Shown in pieces: positions 39,924 to 53,102 of a stretch of DNA of 64,000 nucleotides (within the stretch, counting starts at the first letter, position 1; each line of letters starts with the position of its first letter). Origin of the DNA: Octopus vulgaris. Its lineage: Eukaryota. The position numbers and the translations under genes were made by a program. The stretch covers positions 41,602,001 through 41,666,000 of the forward strand of contig OX597827.1 in assembly GCA_951406725.2 (NCBI GenBank). The letters are read 5' to 3'. The notes beneath the pieces are model-generated. The model was not told where the DNA came from and did no database searches. It saw only the letters and a program-made list of their open reading frames with translations.

Positions 39924-40295
39924 TACATACATATATATATATATTCATATATCAAAAGAAAGAAATATGCATAAACTTATATAAATATATTCATAAGCAC
40001 GCATCCCTTTCTCTCTTTCACTTTGTCTGTTTGTCTGTCCGTCTGTCCGTTCGTCCATCCATTCATCCATCTATGCATTTATCTCTCTATCTCTCTATCT
40101 GTCTGTCTATATGTCAGTCTATATGTTTGTCTGTTTGTCACTGTGAGTCTGTCGACCCATCCGTCCACCAAAATACCACCTACCTATCAACCAACCTGTC
40201 TATCTGCCTGCTTGCCTACTTGCTTCTCTGTCTGTTTATCTGACTGTCTGCCTATCTATCTATCTGATTGTCTATCCGCCAGCCCCTCCGCCTGC

Positions 40296-40373
<78 letters not shown>
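39560..40373. repeat. (TA)n/(TCTG)n/(TCTA)n microsatellite field
   Basis: Visible simple repeats. Confidence 0.9.
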
Positions 40374-40374
<1 letters not shown>

Positions 40375-40892
40375 ACTTCTTCAAGTATCACTTGAAGAGG
40401 AAAGTGAGAGTAGAGAGGCAAGTTTTGTCTAGTGAATGTTTTAAAAAAAGATGGGTGAATGTAGCAAGGATGGCACGTATGAATGACGAATCCACCTTGA
40501 CTATGATTCTATGAACCGTAAAAATTAATACAGAGTTGCTTATTTGCAAAAAAAAAAAAGAAATATAACATGTGACTTCATTGACCGAGGTTACCGTGGT
40601 CTTTTCCGTAGGCTTTTCTTTCCACGGGTAAACCTCACCTGTCCTCCCCTTTACACTTCATATTGACATTTCTGTGATAACGATCCCTATTGATCAATTT
40701 TTTTTCCTTTCCCCTTTTTTTGCCTCACCTCCCCTTCTTTTTTTATCTCCCCCATTTTTTTGTCCTCTTTCTTTCCATTTACGATCCCTTTTGATCGAAA
40801 ACCAAACCCCCTTCTTTTACCCCCAAAAGAAAAGCTCTATCATGTAATTTTGTCCTGTCTGTGTGCAGCCCTGTGTGGCTAATAAAAAAAAC
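40374..40892 (+). mobile_element. 5'-truncated Tx1/L1-like LINE (ORF2 C-terminus + 3' UTR) embedded in (TCTA)n
   Basis: NFFKYHLKRKVRVERQVLSSECFKKRWVNVARM...* resembles the Tx1 R+..E......F...W C-terminus; pyrimidine-rich UTR and AATAAA; (TCTA)n abuts both ends. Confidence 0.8.
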
Positions 40893-40919
40893 ATATCTAT
40901 CTACCTACCTATCTGTTTG

Positions 40920-41004
<85 letters not shown>

Positions 41005-41251
41005 TGCCGAGTATTAGTCACACCAAGTCTTGCAGACGCGAAGCAAAGTACTCGATACACAAGGAAGTCGAGTGTATTATATTATATAATTTATTAGGTA
41101 AGTAGTTTACTGAGTTGTAATCAGGACGGAAACAGGATTATATCTGTAAACTACAAACCTAACACATGTGCATGCGCGCACACCCATGATGCAGACACAC
41201 ACACACAGACACGAACGCACGCACGTGTGCTTACATAGGTTCAATATAGAC

Positions 41252-41282
<31 letters not shown>

Positions 41283-41308
41283 TGTATGTATGTATGTATG
41301 TATGTATG

Positions 41309-41340
<32 letters not shown>

Positions 41341-41407
41341 CATTTATTTATAATATGCATGAGCGTGCGCACAAACACACACACACATACACTCATACAC
41401 ATATATA

Positions 41408-41660
41408 GGCGCAGGAGTGTCTGCGTGGTAAGAAGCCTGCCTCCTAACCACATGATTCCGGGTTCAGTCTCAGTGCGTGGCACCTTGGGCAAGTATCTTC
41501 TACTATAGCCTCGGGCCCACGAAAGCCGTGTGAGTAGATTTGGTAGACGGAAACTGAAAGAAGCCCACGTATATATATATATATATATATTTGTGTGTCT
41601 GTGTTTGTCACCCCAGCATCGTTTGACAACCGATATTAGTGTGCTTGCGTCCCCGTAACA
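41408..41660 (+). mobile_element. SINE family A, 3'-truncated
   Basis: ggcgcaggagtg...accttgggcaagt...gaagccc-gtatata. Confidence 0.88.
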
Positions 41661-41673
41661 TTATGTATATGTA

Positions 41674-41713
<40 letters not shown>

Positions 41714-41801
41714 AATTGTAGAAAAATATATAAGACAAACGCACACCTATACACAAGCATACATATATGTATATATATAGACATCCACATACACACACGC
41801 A

Positions 41802-41847
<46 letters not shown>

Positions 41848-41973
41848 AACACATTTATATATATATGTGATAGAAAAATATATAACACGAAGCTATACAT
41901 ACAAACATACATATACACATACAAACATAATACCTACATATATATATATATATACACACACACACATACAAAC

Positions 41974-42022
<49 letters not shown>

Positions 42023-42456
42023 TGTATGTATGTGTGTGTGTATATATATAGATATATGTGTATATGTATATACGCTTTATATATATATATATATATGTGT
42101 GTGGTTTATTTGTTTTGATTTAAATTTTTGCTTTTCTTCCGTATTTACCTTATCTTTCTTTGTTCTTATTATTCGTTTATCTTTAATGAGAACCATTAAG
42201 TTGGCGGCTGAGTGTGAAGTGGTGAGAGGTCTGCTGTACTGAAGTTGGCAGAAAGTTTAGATAAATGCACTTTTACCTTTCCATTCGCTTCTTTCCGTGG
42301 CTTATGTTGCCATGTCAGAAAGTACTCCTGACCTAAAACCTTGTACATATGTAACGCGTTCGACTATGCCTTGTCTGCACGCGTGTACGTGGTGTGTACG
42401 TGCGCGCTTTTGTGTTTGCGTGTGCGTGCGTGTGTGTGTGTGTGAATATATAATAT

Positions 42457-42710
42457 TTTACTCTTTTACACTTTTACTTGTTTCAGTCATTTGACTGTGG
42501 CCATGCTGGAGCATTGCCTTTAGCCGAGCAAATCGATCCCCAGGACTTATTCTTTGTAAGCCTAGTAATTATTCTGTTGGTCTCTTGACAACCATTATCG
42601 GTTGTCAAGCGATGTTGGGGAGACAAGCACAGACACAGACACACACACACACACACACAGACACACAGACACAGACATACACAGACACACACAGACACAC
42701 AGACACACAG

Positions 42711-42759
<49 letters not shown>

Positions 42760-42902
42760 CGACTGGCTTCTTTCAGTTTCCGGCTACCAAATCCGCTCAC
42801 AAGGCTTTGGTCGGCCCGAGGCTATAGTGCCACGCAGTAGTGGGACTGAATCCAGAACCATGTGGTTATTAAGCAAGCTACTTACCACACAGCCACTCCT
42901 AC

Positions 42903-42905
<3 letters not shown>
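42457..42905 (-). mobile_element. SINE family A, near full length
   Basis: Collinear with 4597-5019; long internal (CA)/(CAGACA) tract. Confidence 0.9.
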
Positions 42906-42947
<42 letters not shown>

Positions 42948-42990
42948 TCTATATACGCGCAGACGACATGATAATATTATAGGAATATGT

Positions 42991-43108
42991 GCAGGATAGG
43001 TCAAAAGTCACGCATCAAGATCTAATCATTTAATATTTATTGCAGTTTTCAAAAATAATAATAATGTAATACGGATGTTAACTGTCTAGGTACGTGACTT
43101 TTGCCCCC
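42991..43108. mobile_element. Small TIR remnant (Tc1/mariner-like MITE, tentative)
   Basis: caaaagtcacg (~43002) and cgtgacttttg (~43093) are inverted. Confidence 0.4.
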
Positions 43109-43148
43109 TCCCCTCTCTCTCTCTCTCTTCTCACTCTCTCTTTCTATA

Positions 43149-43613
43149 TCTATTATATAAAATCGTTCTGTCTTCTAGGATCTCGGGCATCCTCCATCCG
43201 ATTGCGCTCAAATGTTATATGTAGACACCGAGGGTATCAGGGTGTATATAAGTTTTGAAAGAATTACAAAAATCGATTCCAGGTGAGAATGCCATCGATA
43301 AAGCCGTTTTTGTCCTGCTTTTTTTCCGTCAACCTGTACATAACTGCACCTTCCATTTTTTGTTGTTTTTGTACTGCTTAAAGGCACGTTTCTTTCCTGC
43401 CAAGCTTACTGTTTAAACCATGTTTGTGTTCTCCCAGTCAACAGCCTTATCATTACTGGTACTTAAACTCTTCTTTTGCTGGTGTCTCAAGTTTAGGTTA
43501 AAGCAGTGTTTCTCAAAGGGGAGGCCTATGGAACGGTCGGACAAGTTGTTTTGAGAAAATTTGGTTTAAATGTTTGACAACTCAGCACCGTCCATTGGAG
43601 GGGGAGCGTTTTG

Positions 43614-43615
<2 letters not shown>
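43149..43615 (+). mobile_element. Possible non-autonomous Helitron 5' part
   Basis: Starts TCtattatataaaa, like the 59609 Helitron 5' end; no CTAG/hairpin 3' end found. Confidence 0.35.
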
Positions 43616-43669
<54 letters not shown>

Positions 43670-43809
43670 TGAAGTGGAGGCGCAATGTGTTTTCTCATGA
43701 ATGTCAATCGAGGATAGCAGTGCACGAACAACAAAGAAGGATCGTGCAGATAATTTTCTGCAAGCTGTATGTCAAAACTTATCAAGTTTATTTCATCCAA
43801 GGCCCAGTT

Positions 43810-43850
<41 letters not shown>

Positions 43851-44019
43851 TACCACCACCACCACCAACCATTATCTAGGTGGATCTGCTACTACCTTCT
43901 CTCATGAAATATGCGTAAGATTTGATGTAATGTTGCACCTACGCTGTGATGGACTAATATTCACAGGTAATACCCCCATATAACCCAGAGTAGGCCTGTC
44001 ATGAACCCAAGAGCCCTCG

Positions 44020-44268
44020 ATTAACCCGATTTCCGTGGCGTATGAATAACTAAAATCACAACACAAACTACTGAACCGTACCCTAATCCATCAAAGGGAC
44101 GAATCCCTGGATATCGCTAGAATTCATTTACGGCTGAATAGACTGTAGTAACGTGAAATAAAGTGTTTTGCTCAGGAATATAACGCACGGCCCCGCACGG
44201 CCCCGCACGGCTCGGGTCAGGGATCGAAAGCACGAACTGACGACCGTGAGAGCATCACTCTGGCCACA
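44020..44268 (-). mobile_element. CORE-like SINE (family D type), degenerate
   Basis: catttacggctgaatagactgtagtaacgtgaaataaagtgttttgctcagga...ggatcgaa matches 10500-10645. Confidence 0.7.
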
Positions 44269-44640
44269 CGGTTTTATTTAAACCCCCATGTTATCCTACA
44301 TGAAATACCTGATGCAAAAGATAGGTGACTGACTTCATCGCACCTCAACGTTGAAGAGATCTCTTCTACGATAAACCGATTAAGACATCAGAAATTACGC
44401 TCAAACCCGCGTTCGAATCTACCAATTAGCGATTCTAAAACAAAATATGGCCGCTATTTGTACAGAGCAATTACTGCGTGGTTAAAATTATGACATTCCG
44501 GGAGAATGTTCACAGTTTTTAGTCATATCTGAACTCAAAAACAGGAGGTAATTCAAAAGAAATTAGTCTTGTCTGACAAAACCAGGAAGCCATGAAGTCA
44601 CTTATCTTATTTACCTGTGTGTGAATGCGTGTGGGTATAG

Positions 44641-44702
<62 letters not shown>

Positions 44703-44733
44703 ATGTGTGTGTGTGTGTGTATTTATATATATA

Positions 44734-44899
44734 TGGCACAGGAGTGGCTATGTGGTAAGTAGCTTGCTTACCAACTACATGGTTCTAGGTTCAGTCCCTC
44801 TGCGTGTCACCTTGGGCAAGTGTCTTGTACTTTAACCTCGGGCTGACCAAAGCCTTGTGAGTAGATATGGTAGACGGAAACTGAAAGAAGCCCGTCGTA

Positions 44900-44948
<49 letters not shown>

Positions 44949-45057
44949 GTTTATGTTTGTCCCCCTAACATCGCTTGACAACCGATACTAGTGTGTTTAA
45001 GCTCCCGTAACTTAGCGGTTCGGCAAACGAGACCGATAGAATAAGTACTAGGCTTAC
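44734..45057 (+). mobile_element. SINE family A
   Basis: Head, (TA)n slot and body up to ataagtactaggcttac. Confidence 0.9.
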
Positions 45058-45689
45058 ACGACACGTCATAATCAGCTTTATAAACCATGGCCACCTGTTG
45101 TTCATTCCGAGGATATCTCACATGAGCCAAAGAATCAAAGTTTCCCTTGGGCTCCAAAGAGGGTGTTTCTTATGAAATCTGCATTCGCCATCACCGATAG
45201 AATGTCAGGCTATAGACAACATTGTAAATTATCTATTTACACTGCTATTCTCGCATGGGCCATTTTCATATGGTAATGTGAACGAGGATGTTGCAATCTC
45301 TCACTACCAGAGAAGAGTAAGGACCTACATTTATGAGATTTTGTTAAACTGGTGAATTAGATGAAGAAGCTAATTAAATACTCACCTCCTGCGTTCAACG
45401 GACTTCATACCACTAGACTGCTTCTTATGGTGATACTTAAAAGATAAAGTTTACGGTACAAAACCGGCAACAATCGACGAATTGAAAGTATCCATTGAGC
45501 AAGAGTTTGCACATATACAGAGCAAAATAACGGTAAAAAAATTATCAATTAATAAAGAGTACTAACCAGCAGTGTCGGCATGCTAAGTATAGCAGTCAAA
45601 AAATGTTGAAGTGAGAATGTGTGATTTGGTCATTTTGACTGCTATATTTAGCATGTTAGTACTGCTTGTTAGTACCCTTAATTATCAAC

Positions 45690-45741
<52 letters not shown>

Positions 45742-46296
45742 GTATGTATGTATGTATGTATGTATGTATTTACAATATAGGTGTAAGCCGAATCGATACA
45801 GATGCCTATAAAATGTACCTATTTAGTCAGGTGTACTCTGTACTTTTAGAAGCGTTGTTGTATGTGAATGTGTAAGATTAATGGGATATGTCTGTGTCTG
45901 GTAATTGCCTTCTCACCTTCCCGTTCTCTCCGTCTCCCTTATGTATAAACACACACACGCACACACATATATATATGTGTGTGTGTGTGTATGTGTGTGT
46001 GTATGCGTGTGTAGACACCCGAAAATTTACACACAGGAGCAGACGTATCGTAACACTAGTTCATTGAACGAATAATGCTAGCGTATAGTTGAATTTTATC
46101 TACTACTTTGCAGGTGTACTTTTATTTCTTGCTTGTATATTTAAACATCTGTTTCTGTGTGTGTGTATAATATATATATATATACATATATACATACAGA
46201 TAAGTAGAAATGAGTGTGTTTATACGTATGTATATATTCACACATACGCATATATGTGTATTTATCTACCTATCTATCTACATATATGATTGTGCG

Positions 46297-46335
<39 letters not shown>

Positions 46336-46702
46336 ATACACGTACACATAAACACACAAGCATACATACGTAAATACATACATGTACGTATGTGTGCAAT
46401 ACATACATATACATACTCACTTTCACACACGCATCAACATATACATGGAAATTAGTTGTTTATTTTCTCGATCGCTACTCAGAGCTTCTCATATATTATA
46501 CATGCATGACTGAGCAACCATTATTTAGTGAATAAATGAAGCTATATGTAGCATCTGATAATCCGACTGTTATTGATCGAGGCATGTCACATGGCCGTAT
46601 ATTTGGAAGTCATGGGATGTAGTTATTGCTGGCTGGATTGTTTTGGTGTAAGGGAAAACACCCGGTCCTAACGTTTGGCTATTGTCAAGAGCAACTATTC
46701 TA

Positions 46703-47134
46703 GGATCTTTTCGGTTTGAACGGCAGTTTTTTCTAGCGGTTTCATATGAAATTGTTACCCATAATTATGACCCTAGAATCGATCTATTGCATTTCAATCT
46801 CTTTTAGGGTTAGGTTTAGTTAGGGTTAGGGTTAGGGGTGGGGGAAGGGTATCTTTTTTTCTTCACAAATGTAAATAAACCCAATCTGTTTCTTAAACGA
46901 GGGACATATTCATACGGCACAGAATCCCTTTTAACTCAATAGACGTCACTGATTGGTTGAAATTGCAGAAATTGAAGAAAAAAAACAGCAAATATCTTAC
47001 AAACTATAGAATTTTCTCTATAAAGGCAAGAGAAAAAGATGTTTTATAAACACATTCTACCAGTATACGAAGTTAAAAGTTTTTTAATTACCTAGAAATT
47101 ATGTTAAAAACTGCCGTTCAAACCGAAAAGATCC
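46703..47134. mobile_element. 432-bp MITE with perfect 29-bp TIRs, 8-bp TSD and internal TTAGGG repeats
   Basis: TIR ggatcttttcggtttgaacggcagttttt (46703-46731 / 47106-47134); TSD ctattcta (46695-46702 / 47135-47142). GG termini with an 8-bp TSD fit Merlin- or MULE-like superfamilies. Confidence 0.92.
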
Positions 47135-47149
47135 CTATTCTACAACGCT

Positions 47150-47930
47150 TGTTGAATCTGTCTTGGGTACGAATATGAAGTCCATAGACATTCAGCTGCA
47201 TGTAAACTGTCCAAAGAAAACATTTTCTCGGTTGATAGCAACTTGATATCTCGGAACTCCTGCTTAGTGATATCATCGGAATTATAATATCTGGTTCTTT
47301 TCAGTTAAGCACAACCCGCAGTTTCGAGATCCATGTTATTCCTGTACCTTCCAATCCATAGTCTTTGAGTATCCAGATCAACTGGAACAAATTTATTGAG
47401 TTTTCCTGACATTTGACATGACAAATTAGAATGATGGTAATAACGGTTTTTGAATTTGTTCATAGACGTCTCCTATGTATTTTATTTCAATACAACTCAG
47501 GTATGTTGTTGGTGTTGTATATAGGCTTGCGATAGAAAGGTAAAATCCTGAGTGAGAAGGCAGTAGATTTCTGAAATTACAAAATAGCTGTTGTGACGGG
47601 TTTGTCTGGTGTTTTCGTCTACAGTGTGTTATCAGGAAAGCTATGTTATCGAGTCAAAATTAGCTGATATTGCGGTTGTTGGTATTGAAAAGCTTACTGT
47701 TTTTGTGTGTCGATTAGAATTATTGTCTTAATAAAACATTTGAACTTTTTGGCTCTATTCGTATCTATATGTTGAATGGTGGATTAAACCATACTATCGA
47801 TTTCTTCTTGGTTCTTTTAAAATATAGAGAATATCATTGTACGTTAACTTCTCGTTGAAGCCGTTTCTAGCTGGGATTTCATAGCCGTAGAAAGTAGCTG
47901 TTAACAGACGTGCCTCTCTGAGAATAGATA
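47150..47930 (-). mobile_element. Decayed Penelope-like RT remnant (tentative)
   Basis: FVPVD (~47385; resembles TNVPVD) and an upstream P+.S-like echo; heavily disrupted. Confidence 0.3.
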
Positions 47931-47943
47931 ATAAAATTCTACT

Positions 47944-48325
47944 GCGTGGTAAGAAGTTTGCTTCCCAACCACATGGTTCCGGGTTCAGTCCCACTGCGTA
48001 GCAACTTGGCCAAATGTCTTCTACCACAGCTCCGGGTCGACCAAAGCCATGTGAAGTGGATTTGGTAGACCGAAACTGACAAAAATCTGCCCGGTATTCT
48101 TTTACTCTTTCACTTGTTTCAATCATTTGACTGCGGCCATACTGGAGTATCGTGTTTGTCTCCCGTCACAGACTGACAACCGGTGTAGGTTTGTTTACAT
48201 CTTCGTAACTTAGCAGTTCGCCAAACGGTAATCGGAGGAATAAGTACTAGGCATTTAAAAAATGCACTGGGGTAGATTTGTTAGAAGTGTTACCCCAGCA
48301 TGGCCGTAATCTAATGGATGGAATA
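47944..48325 (+). mobile_element. SINE family A containing an inverted family A tail (48096-48150)
   Basis: Head and body are on +; ttcttttactctttcacttgtttcaatcatttgactgcggccat occupies the microsatellite slot in the opposite orientation. Confidence 0.8.
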
Positions 48326-48699
48326 ACTAAAAGATAAAAGATAAGAGATATTGGGCTGCTATTAGGTTCCTGGTTTTGCTTTTTGACGCGTGATAGTAAA
48401 ACAAAACAAAACGAAAACAAAACAAAACAGGCAAAAAAAAAATAAATAAAAACAAACCCCCAAACATCCTAACAGTCATTTCCATCAAAATAAGTAATAA
48501 ATCGTCCTTAGGAAATGTGAGACATCTTTCTTTGATGTTTCTTGTGTAAAATCGCTGAAAAAATGTAAACATGCCTATGTACACAAGCAGCTAAAAATAC
48601 CTTGTTGATGTTATTTAAGATTCTAAAGGAGGCTTGGATTTAGGTTAGAAATTACTCTTTTTACATTGGCAAGCACACATCCACACATATACGTACAAG

Positions 48700-48824
48700 C
48701 GACAGGCTTCTTTCAGTTTCTGTTTTTTACAGATTGATTCAGAAGACTTTGGTCACCCTGGGGCTATATTAGAAAACACTTTCCCATGTGGTTGGGAAAC
48801 AAACTTCTTACCATATAGCCACAC
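48700..48824 (-). mobile_element. SINE family A head, degenerate
   Basis: cgacaggcttctttcagtttc...cttcttaccatatagccacacc. Confidence 0.7.
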
Positions 48825-48867
48825 CTACACATACACACACACACACACACACGCTCTCTCTCTCTCA

Positions 48868-48929
<62 letters not shown>

Positions 48930-48999
48930 CTCTCTCTCTCTCTCTCTCAAACACACACACATGACATCAATGATGTTTCCATTATAAAAGCTGATTCGA

Positions 49000-49069
49000 A
49001 GGCGGCAAGCTGGCAGAGTCCTTAGCACGTCGGGCAAAATGCTTAGCGGCATTTCGGCCGCTTTCGTTC
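49000..49069 (+). mobile_element. SINE family B head, truncated
   Basis: ggcggcaagctggcagagtccttagcacg...atgcttagcggcatttcg. Confidence 0.8.
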
Positions 49070-50072
49070 CTTCTTCTACAGAAGTCTCCATCAACAGCTC
49101 CAGAACTTTGCTTTGTTCCTGAGGACAGTTTTTCTTTATATGGCCAGGGTCCAGGTACCGATGATACCTGCTGCCATCCAGACCCCGACGGATAGTGTTT
49201 TCTATCCATTAGGGCTCTATTCCGGGTGGCAGCCCACACACCCAAGCTCTTGTCAATTTCCTCCCACCATATGTGGAGAGAAACAGAATTTTCTCCCCTT
49301 CCTAGGGTTGGCTCGCATAATCTCGAGCCTCCCCAGGGGTGTCAAACAGCAACCACACCGTTGCATATTTGACATCCCGTGCAATAAACTTAATAGTTGG
49401 CAGATATTCTGCCAACTCCTTTTCAATATCCGCCTGAGAGAAGACAGTGATGGTGTCGAGGGACTTAGAATATGTCCTCAACACCACCGTTTTCTCATTA
49501 AAGTCATTTTCCCACTGCTTGGGGGTCACAATTTGCCGCTCCAATACAGTATTTTTTTGTTGTTGCCAAGCTTGCAAAAGAAAAAATAAAGAAAAATGTT
49601 CAACACAAAATCCAAAATGTTCCAAATAAAAAGTCCAGTAAGAACACAAAAAAGAACAGAAAGACAGAACAGAGAAAAAGAACGAAGGAAGACAGTTCAA
49701 TTCACGGCAACACAATTCCGCCACTCAGGTGATCCACAAGAATACAAGTACTCCAGTTCACCGTCGCAGCACACAAAAATTCCTTCACGAATTCATAAAT
49801 TTTCCAGATTTAGGTATCGAGACACGCCCACTAAAACAATAATTCTCACAGTTAAGTGAGTCATTCGGCGCGACCGCAGCAGACAAATGTCAAGGACCCA
49901 GTGAGGATTTCTTATTCGAGAAAAAAAAAACAATATAAAAAAAATAAAAATTCCCCACTGAATCCTTAAAAAGAAAGATGCCTACCTTTCAGTCGCGCCT
50001 TCAACGGTTCTTTAATTCAAGACGGCTTCCAAGCACGTCTTGACAGTGTTCACTCGTGTAAGTGACTGACAA
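49070..50072 (-). mobile_element. Tx1/L1-like LINE 5' UTR + decayed ORF1 (RRM-like region and CCHC knuckle)
   Basis: Track ORF 49302-49724 continues in frame past stops: EGEKILFLSTYGGRKLTRAWVCGLPPGIEP*WIE...[16 protein letters not shown], a CX2CX4HX4C knuckle whose first two Cys read as Tyr. Confidence 0.7.
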
Positions 50073-50569
50073 ACTCACGCATGTGTGGTAAGTAGGCTAC
50101 TTACCACACAGCCACTCCTGCGCCTATATATATATACATATAGGGAGAGTGATAAATAATGCAGAGTCATTGATGATATAGAGTCAGATGAATTATAAAC
50201 GCAATAGAGTTTAAGAGGATAAGTGGACGGGATAAAGAGAGAGAAAGATACGAGAATGATACATCTATTATAAAATACTTGTAGTCGAGTTGAAAGACAA
50301 ATACGCACACACACAAAGAGATACAGAGAAAGAGAGAGGGACAAAGAGGAAGAGAGAGAGAGAGAGAGAGAAAGAAAAAGGAGAGGGAGAATAAGACGGA
50401 GAGAGAGAGCAAAAGAGAGAGAGAGAGACAGAGAGACAGAGCTCCTACATCCTGTTATGGTGCTGGGCCATAGTAAAGGGAAAATTTGCAAGTCTCTGTC
50501 CGTTCGTCTGATTGCTCTCCGTCTGATTGCCAGTTTGTCTAACTGCCTGTTTGCCTGCTGCTGCTTGTA

Positions 50570-50658
<89 letters not shown>

Positions 50659-50860
50659 CTCTCTCTATCTATCTATGTCTCTCTTTTTCTCTATCTTTCT
50701 GTCTTTAAAGAAACAGACACAGATAGATATGCACAAACAGTTACACATACACACATACACAGCCACGCACGCACATTTAGAGATAGACAGTCAGAAGCAT
50801 CCATAGATAGAAGAATAGACAGATAGATCAGAGAGACAGAAAGTGATAGTTTTATATATA

Positions 50861-50968
50861 TTCTTTTACTCTTTTACTTGTTTCAGTCATTTGACTGTGG
50901 TCGAGCAAACCGACCCCAGGACTTATTCTTTGTAAGCCTAGTACTTATTCTATCGGTCTCTTTTGCAA
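50861..50968 (-). mobile_element. SINE family A 3' fragment
   Basis: ttcttttactcttttacttgtttcagtcatttgactgtgg...ctatcggtctcttttgc. Confidence 0.85.
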
Positions 50969-51891
50969 AACCATGGAAACGGAAAATTTTAAACAACGAA
51001 AAAACAGAAATTATGATGCGCACTCTTAACCTTACTGTCCCTATCCCTCTCTCATTTTTCATTCTTTCTGGGTTTTCTCTACCACCCTTCCCAATTTTTC
51101 TAATCTTACTGTTCCTCTCTCTCTCATTCTTCATTCTTTCTGGTTTTCTCTACCACCCTTCCCTATTTTTCTCTCCCCTCACCGTTTCCTTTCTCTTATT
51201 CCTCCTCCTCCCTCTCGTCGCTGACATGCGACCAGAGTGCCACTGTCTTTCTGAATACTGCCTTCAACAAGTGTAGACGGCTTTCCAGTCCCTTTCTTAA
51301 GCCGTTGTTATAGCGTTCAAAATAATTTTTCCTTCGTTTCGGCTTAACAGTCCTTACCGTTTGTGTTACTGTTATTCTCCTTGTCCTGTCTTTTACTGTT
51401 TTTATTTGTATTTTTACTGTCTTGTTTTGCTTTTACTGTCCTGTTCTTGTTACCACTTTTACCCCTCCGCAAAAAATCCCAAATTTTATTTAATTTGCTT
51501 TGCGGGAAGGACTGTTTCAACGAAGTCGTGTCTCGCCCTTACCTTCGAAACACAGAGTAGACGGAGCAGGGGCGTCGGAAGAAGGGAAATTTTCCTTGTA
51601 TTGTGTCTTGTACTCTGTTTTTTCGTTGTTTAAAAAAATGTCCGTTTCCATGGTTTTGTTTTTATGTCTTCGTTTCTCATTGTGTTCGATGTCTTTTTTT
51701 TGTGTATATGCATGTATATATACATATAGATGTAGGTACGTACATATATATGCATATGTCTTATTTATTATTTTGTTATTATACACACATACATACACAC
51801 ACACACACACACATATATGTGTTTGTGTATTCACACACATACACATATATGGACCACGATACTAACATAGATTGATATATAGATAGATAGA

Positions 51892-52104
51892 TAGTTATTC
51901 CAAACATGAACAAAGAGAAAACACAACAGTGTGAGGACGTGGAACAAGTATAGTGTTATTGGACGCCCAGGAAAGGAAAGAAAGAAGGAGGATTTAATGT
52001 TTCGAACGGAGCTCTTCGTCAGAAACATAGAAAAAGGAAATGTCCAAGGAAGGGAAGACGGAGAAAGAAAATCGCCAACGATACACACGCGGTCACATAT
52101 TGAA
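51892..52104 (-). mobile_element. Family H hammerhead-bearing element
   Basis: Reverse complement of 58815-59030; core CTGACGA-a-gagc-tcc-gttc-GAAAC at 52026-51992. Confidence 0.8.
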
Positions 52105-52179
52105 AATAGATGGATAGAGTATAGAACAGATAAATGCGTTATGTAGCTAGAGGTAAAGACAAAGAGATGGATGTGCGTA

Positions 52180-52187
52180 GAGAGAGG

Positions 52188-52232
<45 letters not shown>

Positions 52233-52410
52233 TGAAATGGAGAAAAGGGCTAATCAAGCAGCTACAGATGCATTGTGATAGACAAGGATAATTAGACGCC
52301 TATAGAGACATACATACACGCACACACATACAGGAATACACACACACACACACAAGAGAACGAACGAGGAAGAGAGGAAGAGAGGGAAAGAGAGCGAGAT
52401 AGCGATAGAG

Positions 52411-52462
<52 letters not shown>

Positions 52463-52796
52463 ATATTGATAGATAGATTGATAAACATACAGGGAGGTAG
52501 AGAGATGAATAGAAAGATAAGGAGATAATTTAAATATATTGATAATGATATTGATGGATAGATTTATGGAGGAGTATGCGTGTGTGTTTATTTATATATA
52601 TATATATATGTATATGGATATTCAAATATGTATATATGTATATACATACACATGTACATGTATGAAGGGCATACATGTATACCTTATATATATATGTATG
52701 TATATATATAAATATATTATACACATATATATATACACATATTGCGCATATATACATATAGTACACACACACAAACACACTTATGTATATATATAT

Positions 52797-52880
<84 letters not shown>

Positions 52881-53032
52881 GTATATATATATATATATAT
52901 ATAAGGTATAAATGTATGCCCTTTATACATGTACATGTGTATGTGTATACATATATACATATTTGGATATCCATATGAATATGTATATACAGATATACAT
53001 ATTTGAATATACATATATACATATTTCAATAT

Positions 53033-53102
<70 letters not shown>

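Noticed and set aside
46804-46843. True telomere or chromosome-fusion scar
   Set aside because: Only a few imperfect units, and they lie inside a TIR/TSD-bounded MITE.
49113-49589. 158-aa plus-strand ORF
   Set aside because: Antisense to the Tx1-like ORF1 remnant.
51049-51163. ~43-bp direct repeat (similar small duplications at 5881-5917, 18848-18903, 44185-44211 and 60062-60185)
   Set aside because: Ordinary local tandem duplications with no further structure.
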